A DNA stretch of 64,000 nt from Candidatus Lustribacter sp. (GTDB lineage Bacteria; Vulcanimicrobiota; Vulcanimicrobiia; Vulcanimicrobiales; Vulcanimicrobiaceae): NCBI GenBank assembly GCA_965277805.1, contig OZ255842.1, positions 3,776,001-3,840,000 of the forward strand. The letters are read 5' to 3'. This document shows, piece after piece, positions 35,773-46,556 of this stretch; position 1 is the stretch's first letter, and each line of letters starts with the position of its first letter. The translations under genes and the position numbers were made by a program. Below the pieces are notes generated by a model. It saw only the letters and a program-made list of their open reading frames with translations. It searched no databases and was not told the origin of the DNA.

Positions 35773-37101
35773 ATGATGGCTTCTTTTGCCTCCAGCGTTT
35801 TGCAGCGGTTCAAATGGATTTTTTCTGCGCGCTCGTCCATGGCTGCAGTCGCTCACACGTTTGCAGCCCGCGGACTCGTCACGCTCATTAATGTTATTAA
35901 TGGCGTCCTGGTAGCGCGCGCCCTTGCGCCGGCAGGGCGAGGGGAACAAACCGCCCTCATCCTTTGGCCGGAAGTTCTTTGCGGCCTCTGCACGCTCGGA
36001 ATCCCGGCCGCGCTTCGCTACAGTATCCGGCGCAGCGTCAAAGACACGGCTCCGCTATTCACAGTCGCACTAGTTTATGGCGTCGCACTTGGATGTGTTG
36101 CCACGGCCATAGGCGTTGCATTTATCCCCCTTTGGCTGCACGGGTATTCAGAAGGAACCGTGAGATTCGCTCAGATGCTCATGATCTTCGCGCCGGCGAT
36201 CATGGTGGGCGTCGTATATCAAGCTTTTCTTGAAGCGCGGGCTGACTTTCGGACCTCGAATTTCATTCTCTACGCAGGGCCGTGTTTGACGTTAATGATT
36301 TTAATCGCGCTATTGATTTCGCGGCAGGCGACACCGCGCTTGACGTCACTCGCTTACCTATTGCCGACTGTCGTCCTCACGGCCTTTCGCGCGCACAGCT
36401 TTCGACGTTTCATTGTGTTGCGATTTGCGTTTCTGAGGTTTAGTAAACGTCTCTTGTCCTATGGAATCCCGGCATTTGGCATCGATGTCCTTAGGACGTT
36501 GTCGACTCAGGTTGACCAGGCGCTAGTAATAAGATTACTTACAGCCTCTGAATTAGGACTTTATACCGTAGCACTGAGTGCATCGCGGTTACTGAGTATC
36601 GTCCAAGCTTCGCTCAGCACAGTTTTGCTACCGCGTGCGTCGGGGCTCGCACTAGAGGAAGCGCTTCCCCTTATCGGGCGTGCCGCGAGACTCACGTTCG
36701 CCATTACTGGCTGTTGTGCCGTGCTCGCTGCTATTACGTTCCCCTTCCTAATTCCTAGACTCTATGGTGCCGCCTTTTTGCCGGCCGTTCCGATTGCACA
36801 AGTACTCACGGCTGAAGTCACCATAGCCGATCTGACGTACATCCTCGCTCAAGCGTTTCTTACTAGCGGCCGACCTGGTATCGTTTCAATCTTGCAGGGC
36901 GTGGGCCTCGCCGCAGCCCTCCCGTTAATGCTGATGTTGATCCCCCGTTTTGGGCTACTAGGCGCCGCTCTTTCATTGCTCGCTTCAACGATTCTTCGGT
37001 TAGTATTCGTGATGATATGTTATCCGTTGGTATTGGCTCGCAAAGCACCCAATCTAATTCTTTGTCGCCGCGACATCTTATTTTTGGTGTCTAAATTCTA
37101 G
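35773..37101 (+). CDS. Oligosaccharide flippase (Wzx-like)
   Basis: ARALAPAGRG, LGLYTVA, LIPRFGLLGAA; about 12 hydrophobic segments. Confidence 0.88.
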   Translation: MMASFASSVLQRFKWIFSARSSMAAVAHTFAARGLVTLINVINGVLVARALAPAGRGEQTALILWPEVLCGLCTLGIPAALRYSIRRSVKDTAPLFTVALVYGVALGCVATAIGVAFIPLWLHGYSEGTVRFAQMLMIFAPAIMVGVVYQAFLEARADFRTSNFILYAGPCLTLMILIALLISRQATPRLTSLAYLLPTVVLTAFRAHSFRRFIVLRFAFLRFSKRLLSYGIPAFGIDVLRTLSTQVDQALVIRLLTASELGLYTVALSASRLLSIVQASLSTVLLPRASGLALEEALPLIGRAARLTFAITGCCAVLAAITFPFLIPRLYGAAFLPAVPIAQVLTAEVTIADLTYILAQAFLTSGRPGIVSILQGVGLAAALPLMLMLIPRFGLLGAALSLLASTILRLVFVMICYPLVLARKAPNLILCRRDILFLVSKF

Positions 37102-37297
37102 CGGTGTAAGGCGCTTGCCAACTCTACGCACCGAGTAAATAAAATGACATGATGCCGTACGCATTGCGAAGAGAAATTGCGCGCCTGACTCCATCCGCGG
37201 ATAAAACTGTCGTCACCTTTGTTCATGTCCTTGCACCCGTCTGCCGATACCTCAAGAAGAGTCTTCACTTTCACCTTCGGGAATCCACGAGGATAAA

Positions 37298-38644
37298 ATG
37301 CGTCACCGCAGCGCCGTAGCGCTCTTGGCTCTGCTACTGGAAACGTCTTGCGGTGGTGCCACATCGAACCAGGCGCCCGCAAGCACGCTCCCACCTCAGA
37401 GTGTGTCCGCTACAATTGCACCTTCGATCAGCTCTAACGCGCCAAACGCCATCTGGTCCGACAAAATTGTCGACGCTATTGGTGTCAACACCAGTTTCAA
37501 TAATTCAGGTACGCCGTACGTGACCGATTGGTCTGCGATTTCAGCGTTGCTTATCGCGTCCGGGATCCGGCACATCCGGGACGGTGCAACTGGATCACCA
37601 CCTTGGTATTACGGCGATATCAACATGCTCGCAACACGCGGCATACGTAGTCTGACAGGTTTCTGCACAAGCGATACCGATTCTACGATCGCGTCTTACA
37701 TAACTCTTGTGCCAGCCGTTGAAGGCGTTGAATATTGCAACGAATACGATACCAGTCATCCTTCGAGCGACACGAACTGGGCAGCAACTGACATTGCCGG
37801 TCAACAAAAACTTTTCGCTGATATTAAGAGTAATCCGGCTTATTCCGGTGTACTCGTAGAGGGTCCCTCACTTGCGCAGATCGACACGGCAGTAGACGTT
37901 GGCAATTTGAGTCAGTTTATGGATGTAGGGACTGAGCATGACTACACAATGTGCAACTTGAATCCGGGAAACACTGTCGGCTCCGGCAATAATCATCCAC
38001 CGTATGGAATATACGGCACTATTGCATTTACCCTAAGCCAAGAAAAGCTGATATCCGGCGATAGACCTGTCTGGACGACGGAAACGGGCTACGATGATAA
38101 TCCGGCGAGCAGTTGCTACCTGCCGGATGCGATAATAGCGCGCTACTATCCGCGGCAGGTTCTAGAACGGTGGTTAAGCGGGATAAGTCGCACGTACTTC
38201 TTCCAATTCGCGAACGTCCCAAGCGATGTCACGATGGGCACCTTGGGAATGCTCGACAATAACCAGAACGCGAAACCTCAATTCGCTGCGATTAAGAACT
38301 TTATCGCACTGCTGGCAGACCCTGGCGGAGCTTTCGTACCTGGTTCGCTCACTTTTCAGCTCGCGGGCGTACCTGCGAGTGTGCATCAGTTGCTGATGGA
38401 AAAGCAAAATGGAACATTCTACCTTGCACTGTGGAATGAGGTCGCAGGCTATAATCCGAGCACTGAGCAGATGACGAGTTCAACAGTTGTCAGTGGAACG
38501 CTGTTGCTATCCAAGACTCCTCGAAGCATCAGTCAAACAACATTTGCAGACGATGGATCAGTCGCTTCGACGAATCTCACCACGGGGTCCACAGTGCCGC
38601 TCGCGATCACTGACCACCTTACGGTCCTGGCGATACAACCGTAG
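37298..38644 (+). CDS. Lipoprotein glycoside hydrolase, clan GH-A-like
   Basis: Lipobox-like ETSC; IGVNT, GIRHIRDG, CNEYD (acid/base), WTTETGY (nucleophile). Confidence 0.75.
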   Translation: MRHRSAVALLALLLETSCGGATSNQAPASTLPPQSVSATIAPSISSNAPNAIWSDKIVDAIGVNTSFNNSGTPYVTDWSAISALLIASGIRHIRDGATGSPPWYYGDINMLATRGIRSLTGFCTSDTDSTIASYITLVPAVEGVEYCNEYDTSHPSSDTNWAATDIAGQQKLFADIKSNPAYSGVLVEGPSLAQIDTAVDVGNLSQFMDVGTEHDYTMCNLNPGNTVGSGNNHPPYGIYGTIAFTLSQEKLISGDRPVWTTETGYDDNPASSCYLPDAIIARYYPRQVLERWLSGISRTYFFQFANVPSDVTMGTLGMLDNNQNAKPQFAAIKNFIALLADPGGAFVPGSLTFQLAGVPASVHQLLMEKQNGTFYLALWNEVAGYNPSTEQMTSSTVVSGTLLLSKTPRSISQTTFADDGSVASTNLTTGSTVPLAITDHLTVLAIQP

Positions 38645-39749
38645 GGATCCGCGGCGTGTTAGAAATCGCGTTACGGCCTAGTAAAGACCGGTAGAGCTGA
38701 AAGGTTTCTTCCGCCATTCTGTGCACCTGGAACGCAGCTAGTCCGTGCATCGCGCGTTCACGGTAGGTGGCGAGAAGGTCAGGATCACCAAGCAGGGCCA
38801 TAATCGCATCGCTAATCGCGTTCGCGTCACCGACTGGGACCAGAATTCCGGCATCTCCGAAGTCCAAAGCCTCGGGAATACCACCGGTCGCGCTGGCAAT
38901 TACTGCGCACCCTGCTGCACGCGCCTCGAGGATCGCCAGAGCTAGCGACTCGTGACGTGAGGGGAGCACGAAAATATCACTTGCGATCAAATACCGCTCA
39001 GGCTCGGGCGTGAAACCAACAAAGTGTATGCGTGAAGAGGCGACCGTAGCCGCAGCCTGTTTGGTAAACGTTTCGCGGTCTGGCCCGTCACCGACAATAT
39101 ACAGATGAGGTGGGACGTCCGACTCGGCAAGTTTCGCGAACGCCTCGATAGCTACATCAATTCCCTTATGCATGTAGAGCCCTGCAACCGTAACGATCGC
39201 TGGACGTTGAAGTTCGGCCGGAACCGCGTTCGCAGCTGATGGGCGCCTCAACGTACCGATCGGTGCGTTGCGAATCACGTGCAATTTCCTTCGGGGTATG
39301 CCTCTGGAAGCTAAAAGCTCGATATTCGCTGCACTCACTGCAATGACGGCATCGGCCAGTCCCATTAGCGCAGAATCTCGGCGAAAGGCAACGTGTACTG
39401 TGCCGACGATCCGGTATCGGTCGCGCCAACGTAGCATTCGGGCCAGAACAATTGCAGCCAGCACGTGTACATGCACGATGTCAGGTTTAAGCTGCCGGAT
39501 AAGACGTCGAAAACGCCACGCAAGCATTATTAGCGTTAGCGGATTTCGGCTCACCGGCAAATCAACAACTTGGACGCCGGAAGACTCAAGGAGCCCGCGA
39601 AAACTCCCGTCCGCAGCTGCGACCGTTACCGAATGTCCGGCTTCCGCTTGTGAGCATGCAAGATCGACCACCACATTTGCAATTCCGTTTCCTCTATCGC
39701 GAATAGCGTGCAAAACGTGCACGATTGTCATCTGGTTTTCGTCATACAT
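38619..39749 (-). CDS. Glycosyltransferase family 4
   Basis: PDIVHVH, KGID, IVGDGP, FVLPSRHESLALAILEA. Confidence 0.92.
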   Translation of the reverse strand: MYDENQMTIVHVLHAIRDRGNGIANVVVDLACSQAEAGHSVTVAAADGSFRGLLESSGVQVVDLPVSRNPLTLIMLAWRFRRLIRQLKPDIVHVHVLAAIVLARMLRWRDRYRIVGTVHVAFRRDSALMGLADAVIAVSAANIELLASRGIPRRKLHVIRNAPIGTLRRPSAANAVPAELQRPAIVTVAGLYMHKGIDVAIEAFAKLAESDVPPHLYIVGDGPDRETFTKQAAATVASSRIHFVGFTPEPERYLIASDIFVLPSRHESLALAILEARAAGCAVIASATGGIPEALDFGDAGILVPVGDANAISDAIMALLGDPDLLATYRERAMHGLAAFQVHRMAEETFQLYRSLLGRNAISNTPRIPTVVSPGP

Positions 39750-41262
39750 AGCGCATCTTCCGTCCTCGCCAAATCGCGCTTAGAGGTCGTAAATGCGGAA
39801 AGCAGTGCACCTTGTCTTGCCTCAAATCAATGGCAGTCCGCGAACCATCTGACGCAATTGTATGCAGGCCTGTCCAGTTTCCAAAGCGAGAAGGCAGCAC
39901 CTGACATACAGATCTCTCGACGTAACGATCCGGCTCCAACGTCAACACTTCATTTACCGTTATGCCACCACCATAGCTCAGCGAGCAGTCCTGCGACGGT
40001 CGGTATAGAATCTTCCCGACACAATAAAGCGGTCCGGCGGGGCGGCTCGCGCTGATATCACTTCGCACCGGATTCTGAGAGTGCGGTATCCATGGGCCAT
40101 GTATGTCTTCAGCCCAATAGATGAAGAGATTCAATAGCGGGTCAGCCGACTGAAGCGTGCAAAAGAGCCACCAACGCTCGCCGTCATAATGGAACGTGCC
40201 GTCGGTAACGTCAAGATCTCGTACGAATGGAACGTCAGGCCGCCAGCTGTACGGGAAAGAGGTACATCTATATGAATTAACAGCGCGAGCTGCGCCACTT
40301 TCTGGCGCGATGTAGAGTTCATCGCCGGCTTCGACTATGAAGGGATACGAGAGGTGATGGGGCTCCTCGATGATTACGCGTTCATCGGTGAGCGAACCGT
40401 CCGTAAGGACGGTGGAGGCGGCGATGACGCCGCGACCTCGTGCTTCTTCGTAAAGTTCATAGAATACGGCCGTTGTACCGTTCCGGTTCCAAAGGAACGG
40501 ATCGGCGATGAAGGCGCGTCCTTTGCGAATAGGCGACCAAGCAATGGCAGTGCCGGCGGTGTCTGCAATTTCATGTGCTGATCCGTCCATAATTCCGATC
40601 GTCCACGCATCGCTAACGAAAAGACGAGCCAATACCTTCTTTACCGGCGCCCGAATAATCCGAGTGCCAAAGGCTATTGGGTCGGGGTGCTTGTATGGGA
40701 CGGGCTGCGTGCATGCATCGGCCCCCGGGAGCGGCATACGCCCCTTTAACCAGCGTACTGGCCACGAAGCGCAACTACGAAGAGCGCGATCAATGGTTGC
40801 GGTGTAGGACCAGCCGACTGGAAATCGCCCGAACGCCACAGTTGACGTTTCCCCTCCTTTCAGGCAGGTAAGCGTAATCTCGAAGCTTCCAGAGCCTTCG
40901 CCGACATCTCTCATAAAGGGAAACGTTTGCAAAGAGCCACCTTGGCCAAAGTGAAACCGAACATATGTCTCCGTTCCGACAGCGTCGAGTTCGTCTGGAA
41001 AACGCCGAAGGTCGAGCACGTCGAGACCTGCCAGAGACGAAGACGACGACCTCGAAACCGCTATTTCAGCTTCTTGTAACACCCCTGCTCGGCATCGTGA
41101 CATTGTCTGCAGAGCAAACCGATCGAAGACCGCGTTCCTCGTTCGCGCCACACTAGAACGAACCTCAGTATTGACGCCCGCGGAAATGAATGCATCAATA
41201 CAGGCCCGGTGCCAATCTAGATGAGGAGAGTCTATCAAGACGATCCACGACGGTCGGCTCAC
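39742..41262 (-). CDS. Five-bladed beta-propeller protein (GH43-like / glucosamine inositolphosphorylceramide transferase N-terminal-like)
   Basis: FIADPF, HHLSYPF, YIAPES, GPWIPHSQNP, SRPAG, YRPSQDC..YG, LHTI. Confidence 0.75.
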   Translation of the reverse strand: MSRPSWIVLIDSPHLDWHRACIDAFISAGVNTEVRSSVARTRNAVFDRFALQTMSRCRAGVLQEAEIAVSRSSSSSLAGLDVLDLRRFPDELDAVGTETYVRFHFGQGGSLQTFPFMRDVGEGSGSFEITLTCLKGGETSTVAFGRFPVGWSYTATIDRALRSCASWPVRWLKGRMPLPGADACTQPVPYKHPDPIAFGTRIIRAPVKKVLARLFVSDAWTIGIMDGSAHEIADTAGTAIAWSPIRKGRAFIADPFLWNRNGTTAVFYELYEEARGRGVIAASTVLTDGSLTDERVIIEEPHHLSYPFIVEAGDELYIAPESGAARAVNSYRCTSFPYSWRPDVPFVRDLDVTDGTFHYDGERWWLFCTLQSADPLLNLFIYWAEDIHGPWIPHSQNPVRSDISASRPAGPLYCVGKILYRPSQDCSLSYGGGITVNEVLTLEPDRYVERSVCQVLPSRFGNWTGLHTIASDGSRTAIDLRQDKVHCFPHLRPLSAIWRGRKMRYV

Positions 41263-42614
41263 TCTCGCGTTAAAGGCCCGAAAGCGGCAGCTTCCAGCTC
41301 TGCGTGCTCGCCGATGGATCGCTTGTTACTGACCATTGGCAACGTGGTGGCGACAGCCAGCCAAAAGAAAATTCCCATAAACCCATCGTGGTGATCCGCG
41401 GAGACGTCAAGCCAGACCAAAGCGAGTTGAATCGCGCAGCCAGCAATCGCGGGCCATGACCTTTGAAGCATGGTCCTGCGCACTGCTATGACGAGCGCTA
41501 AGATGATGGTACCTAGATACCCAAATAACCCGGGATAACCCAATTCGAGGAAACGCCCGACATAGCCGTTATCAAGTGTAGTCGTTTGCCCGGTGGAACC
41601 TACTTGGGTGGACGTCCCGAGGACACCAAGGCCGGCTCCAGTCGGACGTGACAGAGCATCGAATAGCGTTTCTTCGGTCTGATATATTCTGCTGGCAGTT
41701 GAGACATCGTTAGAAATGTCATTCAAAGAGTCGAAGCGTTGCTGTAGTATTTGTCCGGTGCGATCCGTTCCGATTAAAGCGGGTAAGGCGCCACTCAGCA
41801 ATACGGAAACAGCGATGACAGCCCCGACGTTCTGTAAAACGCTGCCGCGACGTTGCGTGCAACAAACGTAGTACAAAAGACCGACGCCTAGCGCGATCCA
41901 ATCCGCACGAACTTGTGTTAAAAGTAGGGCGAAAGTACAGCACGTATACTGCGCAAGTGGTAGAGGCGAAATGCGCAAACGCGGAAGATTCATTAGCAGC
42001 GCGATCACCAAAAAGTCGGCGAAGGGGGCTGCCGAGCTCATAACGCTAAAAATACGAAGTCCAAATGGTTCTGGCGAACCTATGCTTGTCAAACCCGAGG
42101 CGATTACCCATGCGGCGTCCCAAGGCGTAGGGGAAACGTACTGGGCTATGCCATACACGCTCGCGAGAGCGGCGCACCACAAAACGAACTCCGCCACACG
42201 GTCGTAGGTCTTCGGCGTGGCAATTTGATTGCTGGCTAGCCACAGGCCAAAAATGAGGGGCGCCATGAACTGGACGAAACTTGCAACGGTTGGTAACCCG
42301 TTGCCGGACACAATACCGATTGCGAATCCATATCCGTTAGTTCCAATCCAGCACCAGCCTAGTACCCTCATTGCCGGATTTATGTGGCGCCAGTCGCCCC
42401 GCAGCAGCGCGACACCCGGTGCGATGGACAGCAGCAGTGGCACCGCGTCAATCACAAGCGCAAAGCCACCGCTAGTGCGCCATTCAATGATCCGACGGAA
42501 GAAAGCGTAAAAGACCCAGGCGGCAAAAACAAAAAGTGCGTAGTACTGTCCCGCACGAGAGGCAGGCTTCTCTAAGAGAGAATTCGCAGCGTCACGCCGA
42601 ATCGCAGCAGTCAT
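41259..42614 (-). CDS. Wzy-like polymerase / O-antigen ligase family protein
   Basis: Polytopic; LRIFSVMSS, TQVRADW, PTGAGLG, DNGY..FLELG. Confidence 0.82.
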   Translation of the reverse strand: MTAAIRRDAANSLLEKPASRAGQYYALFVFAAWVFYAFFRRIIEWRTSGGFALVIDAVPLLLSIAPGVALLRGDWRHINPAMRVLGWCWIGTNGYGFAIGIVSGNGLPTVASFVQFMAPLIFGLWLASNQIATPKTYDRVAEFVLWCAALASVYGIAQYVSPTPWDAAWVIASGLTSIGSPEPFGLRIFSVMSSAAPFADFLVIALLMNLPRLRISPLPLAQYTCCTFALLLTQVRADWIALGVGLLYYVCCTQRRGSVLQNVGAVIAVSVLLSGALPALIGTDRTGQILQQRFDSLNDISNDVSTASRIYQTEETLFDALSRPTGAGLGVLGTSTQVGSTGQTTTLDNGYVGRFLELGYPGLFGYLGTIILALVIAVRRTMLQRSWPAIAGCAIQLALVWLDVSADHHDGFMGIFFWLAVATTLPMVSNKRSIGEHAELEAAAFGPLTRE

Positions 42615-42706
42615 TACGACTCCGATCCGTTACGGAAAAACTTCAACTAGCCTGCGGTTGGGCGCCCCACGTCGAAGCAGCCAACTTCGTGCGCACATCG
42701 AATCCT

Positions 42707-43390
42707 TCACAAGCCGCCGGCAGATTTAACGAGCGGCGCTTTCCCGACCTCGAACGATCGAATTCCAGACGTGCGCGCGATTTCAGCTTCCAATTCCGCA
42801 TTGCTATTTACGTGAAGGCCTTTTGTTTTCATCGCCACCATGCTTACGTTCTTATTGTCAATGCGCGATAGCAGTCGTTTGGTCTTCACGTCAGCCGAGG
42901 AGAGCCGCCGACCAAGTTGCGTAGCGATTAGCACCGCGTCCACTTGATGCGCCAAATTGAAAGCGAGATTCGATGTAGGGAGCGCATCCGCCGCAATCAC
43001 TGTAATCTCGTAAAGTGAGCGCAATTCTGATACGGTCTGCGCTAAGGCTCGGCTATTACGGCTAGCTCGCGCGGAGAATGCAATCGTCTCAAAGTTCCTT
43101 TGTTGCGCCCTAAAAACTCTGGCATTCGCTAGGCCTCGATTCGCGGGATCACCCTCGCTAATGTCAACTCCAAGTTGGTCGCCGATGGCAGGGTTACGAA
43201 AGCTGAAGTCCGCAAGGGCACTGCGATAACCAAGCTCTGCATAGGCGCGGGCCACTCCGCACGCGAGAAACTTCGCGCCATCGTTCTCACAGGCCGAACT
43301 CACCAGTATGACAATGGAGTCGCCCTCACCGGGATCGATCGAAGCACAGATCGCCTGAAATTCTTCGTCAAGTCCGCGAACTACGCGCAT
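42707..43390 (-). CDS. CpsD/CapB-like tyrosine kinase homologue with degenerate motifs
   Basis: Coupled to the co-polymerase (TAATG). Walker A region SACENDGAKF, A' ADFSFRNP, Walker B region ITVIAAD. Confidence 0.7.
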   Translation of the reverse strand: MRVVRGLDEEFQAICASIDPGEGDSIVILVSSACENDGAKFLACGVARAYAELGYRSALADFSFRNPAIGDQLGVDISEGDPANRGLANARVFRAQQRNFETIAFSARASRNSRALAQTVSELRSLYEITVIAADALPTSNLAFNLAHQVDAVLIATQLGRRLSSADVKTKRLLSRIDNKNVSMVAMKTKGLHVNSNAELEAEIARTSGIRSFEVGKAPLVKSAGGL

Positions 43391-44754
43391 TAGTGTGCCC
43401 CCACGGTAGCAATAACAGGTCTCCCGTAGAACGTTTCTACATCGTCTACACTGTCTAAGCGCTTATCCAGCCGATCGATTAGGACAGCCAGCGAGACTGC
43501 GAGCCACAAGCCAAGTGCCAAAAACGCAACGCTGAGTACCCGGGGTGTCGTCCATATAACTGAACTAGCGCTAACGGCTGGGTCGATAACGGTCACGATT
43601 CCCGTTGAACCGGCTCGACTCTGGTCCGCAATGGTCTCTGCGAGCCGTTGGGATAGCGATGACATCGTTTGCTCATCCGATTGGCGATTTCTTCGCAACT
43701 CCGCCACGGACACGCCGTCACTCGCACTCGTTGCAAGATGTTGCTGGACGGTATTGATCTGGTCGTCTATGGCGGCGACGCGAGCTCGGTCAGCATCATA
43801 AATCGCGCTAGCTTGGTTGACTTCAGTAATAGCGTGCGAATAGTCCAGACTTGCCGCCGGCGAACTCCGCGACAAAATCTCGGACGAGCGGTTTGCAAGC
43901 GAAACGGCATCGCGATCTATAATGGCCTTGAGCTGGCCGGCACCTGGGTAGTTTTGGGAATACTTTGCCCTGATATCCGCCAAGTGGGCAGCATCGGTCG
44001 AATATTGCTCATTGAGCTTGCCGTAGGTTGGGTCGTCCTTAAGAAGTTCGCCGTCGGCGAGAGGGCGGAGACTAGAAAGTCTTTGATTCGTGATCGCACT
44101 CTGCGCCTTGTCCGCCATCATCGATGCCTGCGCCTGATTGCGACTCAATTCAAGTTGCTGAAGCTCCGAGCTTATGGGCGCCGTACCATTTGCAATGTCT
44201 AGAAATGGGTCAGCGTTCAGTTTAGATTGCAACTTTCTATCAATAACGCTCAATTTTGCATTCGTATCTTGGAGCTGTTTGGTCAACTCTAGGATAAGTG
44301 AATCATATCGTCCTCTGACAATTTCTCGGCTGTAGCGCGATAGCTCCATAGCAGCCATATTCGCACCGCGCACCGCTAGGTCCGCGTCAGACGCTGTGAA
44401 TGAAACCGGCAAAATATTCGTATCGAAGGATACACGCGCATGCAAGGTACTGAGCATTCCTATATGGGTCGGTGGCAGCCCGAGATCGCGGGCTGTCCGC
44501 TCCAGCACTATATTCGTAGTGAGCACTCTAGGAACGTCGTTTGAGGACAGGGCAACGGACGTTCTTGTGGACTCGTTGGTTCCATTCTGCAATCCGGCCG
44601 CTGTATCGTTGAGCAATAGTACCGTGGTGGTTGCGGTATACTGATGCACATACCGCAAGACTAAGGCATACGATAAGAGCATCACAACCGCTACCGCTGC
44701 GATGATCCACCAGCGGCGCGTACATGCCTGAAGAACTTTGGTCACGTCAGTCAT
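43390..44754 (-). CDS. Polysaccharide co-polymerase (Wzz/GumC/Wzc N-terminal part)
   Basis: RRWWII + TM, YTATTTVL, long coiled coil, VIDPA, second TM, DKRL..DVE..GRPVIATV. Confidence 0.88.
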   Translation of the reverse strand: MTDVTKVLQACTRRWWIIAAVAVVMLLSYALVLRYVHQYTATTTVLLLNDTAAGLQNGTNESTRTSVALSSNDVPRVLTTNIVLERTARDLGLPPTHIGMLSTLHARVSFDTNILPVSFTASDADLAVRGANMAAMELSRYSREIVRGRYDSLILELTKQLQDTNAKLSVIDRKLQSKLNADPFLDIANGTAPISSELQQLELSRNQAQASMMADKAQSAITNQRLSSLRPLADGELLKDDPTYGKLNEQYSTDAAHLADIRAKYSQNYPGAGQLKAIIDRDAVSLANRSSEILSRSSPAASLDYSHAITEVNQASAIYDADRARVAAIDDQINTVQQHLATSASDGVSVAELRRNRQSDEQTMSSLSQRLAETIADQSRAGSTGIVTVIDPAVSASSVIWTTPRVLSVAFLALGLWLAVSLAVLIDRLDKRLDSVDDVETFYGRPVIATVGAH

Positions 44755-45395
44755 ACAATAATCCCAATATGAGCGAGATGAGTGCAGATTCACGAGCGGT
44801 TGTAAGACGAGCCAATCCCGACACCGAGCTCGGTCCATGGGGAGAAGATTGCTGGGTCTGTTGCATGACGTAACTTGGACGTTTTACCCAATTTGATTGG
44901 TCGGTCGCGCACGGTCTAAGATGTCTGGAATGCATTTTATTCCTTTGGCGCCCGTCGGACGCGGAGAACACATCCCTGAAAATCGCCACCCGGGACCGTG
45001 ATACGCTGCGATTACCCCCGGCACGGCGCTTCGATTCGGCAACGGAAACATCCAGACCTATGTTGACTCCGAGTCATATCACAGTATGGGTGTTTGCGCA
45101 TACCCCTCATTTCAGGGGGTTATCGAATGCGTGCGACAGCAGCAACACTGATGCAGGCTATGACAGCTTGGCTCCATTTGCGAACCTTCGCACGCCTAGC
45201 CCTTGTTTGGTAGCGCTCACTTCGAAATGCCGGGACGCACTCGCATGGCGAGGAAGTCAGCCACAGACCACGTTCTACGCTGACTGAGTGTGTGAGTTTC
45301 CATACCGACAATGATTAAGCTCGGAAACGGACCGAAGCACGGCGAAAGAAGATGCGAAGGTATTGATCGAGTAAAGTAAAAGGGCGCTACGCCTC

Positions 45396-46556
45396 ATGCA
45401 TGGCAGGACACATTCTAGACGCAACCTACTGCTTACGTTCGATTTTCCCCCATCAGTTGGCGGCGTGCAGCAGTACTACAGTCAACTTTTCGGGCAGGGT
45501 GGAATCGGAGACGTAACCGTTCTCACGCAGCGCCTGAATACTAACGACGCCGCATTCGATGAAACATTTCCCGGAGAGATCCGGCGCCTACGAGGCGGCA
45601 CGAGTGTCAGGGCCACGCTGACCTTTTTTCTATCTATTATCTTCGAATTACCGCGGCGGTTATCGAAGCCCTATGTGTTACATGTCGGTCATGTTGCACT
45701 GGCGCCGGCGCTCATACCATTTTTCCCGTTTTTAAGAGGACCGATTGTCGTTTGGTGTCATGCGCTTGAATTGACACATCCTGCTTTTCGCTTGAGTACA
45801 AAGGTGCTTCTTGGACGCGCGGATCGGGTGGTTGTTGTTAGCGAGTACACGCGCAGATTGGCCATCGAGGCCGGCGCGCGACCTGAAAAACTAGTCAAGA
45901 TATCGCCGGGCGGTGACAATCTAGCGCACCAGTTCCAAGCTAGCTCGACGGGCTTTCGTCAGAGCCATGCCATAGGACAGGACGAGTTCTTCATACTTTC
46001 CGTCTCACGAGTATCGTCTCATCATCGGTATAAGGGGTTCGACCGTGTTGTCGAGGTAGCGCAGATCCTCATCGCAGAAAATTTGCCAATTCGATGGGTC
46101 GTGGTCGGCGACGGAAATGAGCTGGATCGTTTTCGCGATATCGCAAACCAGCCAACCCTGGACGGACGAATAAACTTTCTAGGTCGCCTAGATGATGAAT
46201 CCTTAGCTCAGGCCTATGCAGAATGCGACTTATTTTGCCTGCTAAGTAGAGATGAGCACACCTCTAGAGGCGTACTTTCGGACGGTTTCGGGATTGTATA
46301 CGTACAGGCTGGGAGTTTCGGAAAGCCCGTGGTCGGGCTTCGAAGAGGCGGGGTACCCGACGCAGTATTGCACGAAATGACCGGCGTTTTAGTTGACAAC
46401 GATGACGCCGCCGATATCGCTGCGGCGATTCGCGATCTTGTTTCGGATCCGGTTCGACGCCATCGATTAGGCGAAAACGGTCGCGCTAGAGCGCTTGGTG
46501 CCGCAAGTTGGGCCACGGCGCGCGACCGGCTCCGCCAATTGCTTGCTTCTCTCTGA
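45396..46556 (+). CDS. Glycosyltransferase family 4
   Basis: DFPPSVGGVQ, YKGFD, DGFGIVYVQA (D-x7-Q in place of E-x7-E), GGVPDAV. Confidence 0.9.
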   Translation: MHGRTHSRRNLLLTFDFPPSVGGVQQYYSQLFGQGGIGDVTVLTQRLNTNDAAFDETFPGEIRRLRGGTSVRATLTFFLSIIFELPRRLSKPYVLHVGHVALAPALIPFFPFLRGPIVVWCHALELTHPAFRLSTKVLLGRADRVVVVSEYTRRLAIEAGARPEKLVKISPGGDNLAHQFQASSTGFRQSHAIGQDEFFILSVSRVSSHHRYKGFDRVVEVAQILIAENLPIRWVVVGDGNELDRFRDIANQPTLDGRINFLGRLDDESLAQAYAECDLFCLLSRDEHTSRGVLSDGFGIVYVQAGSFGKPVVGLRRGGVPDAVLHEMTGVLVDNDDAADIAAAIRDLVSDPVRRHRLGENGRARALGAASWATARDRLRQLLASL

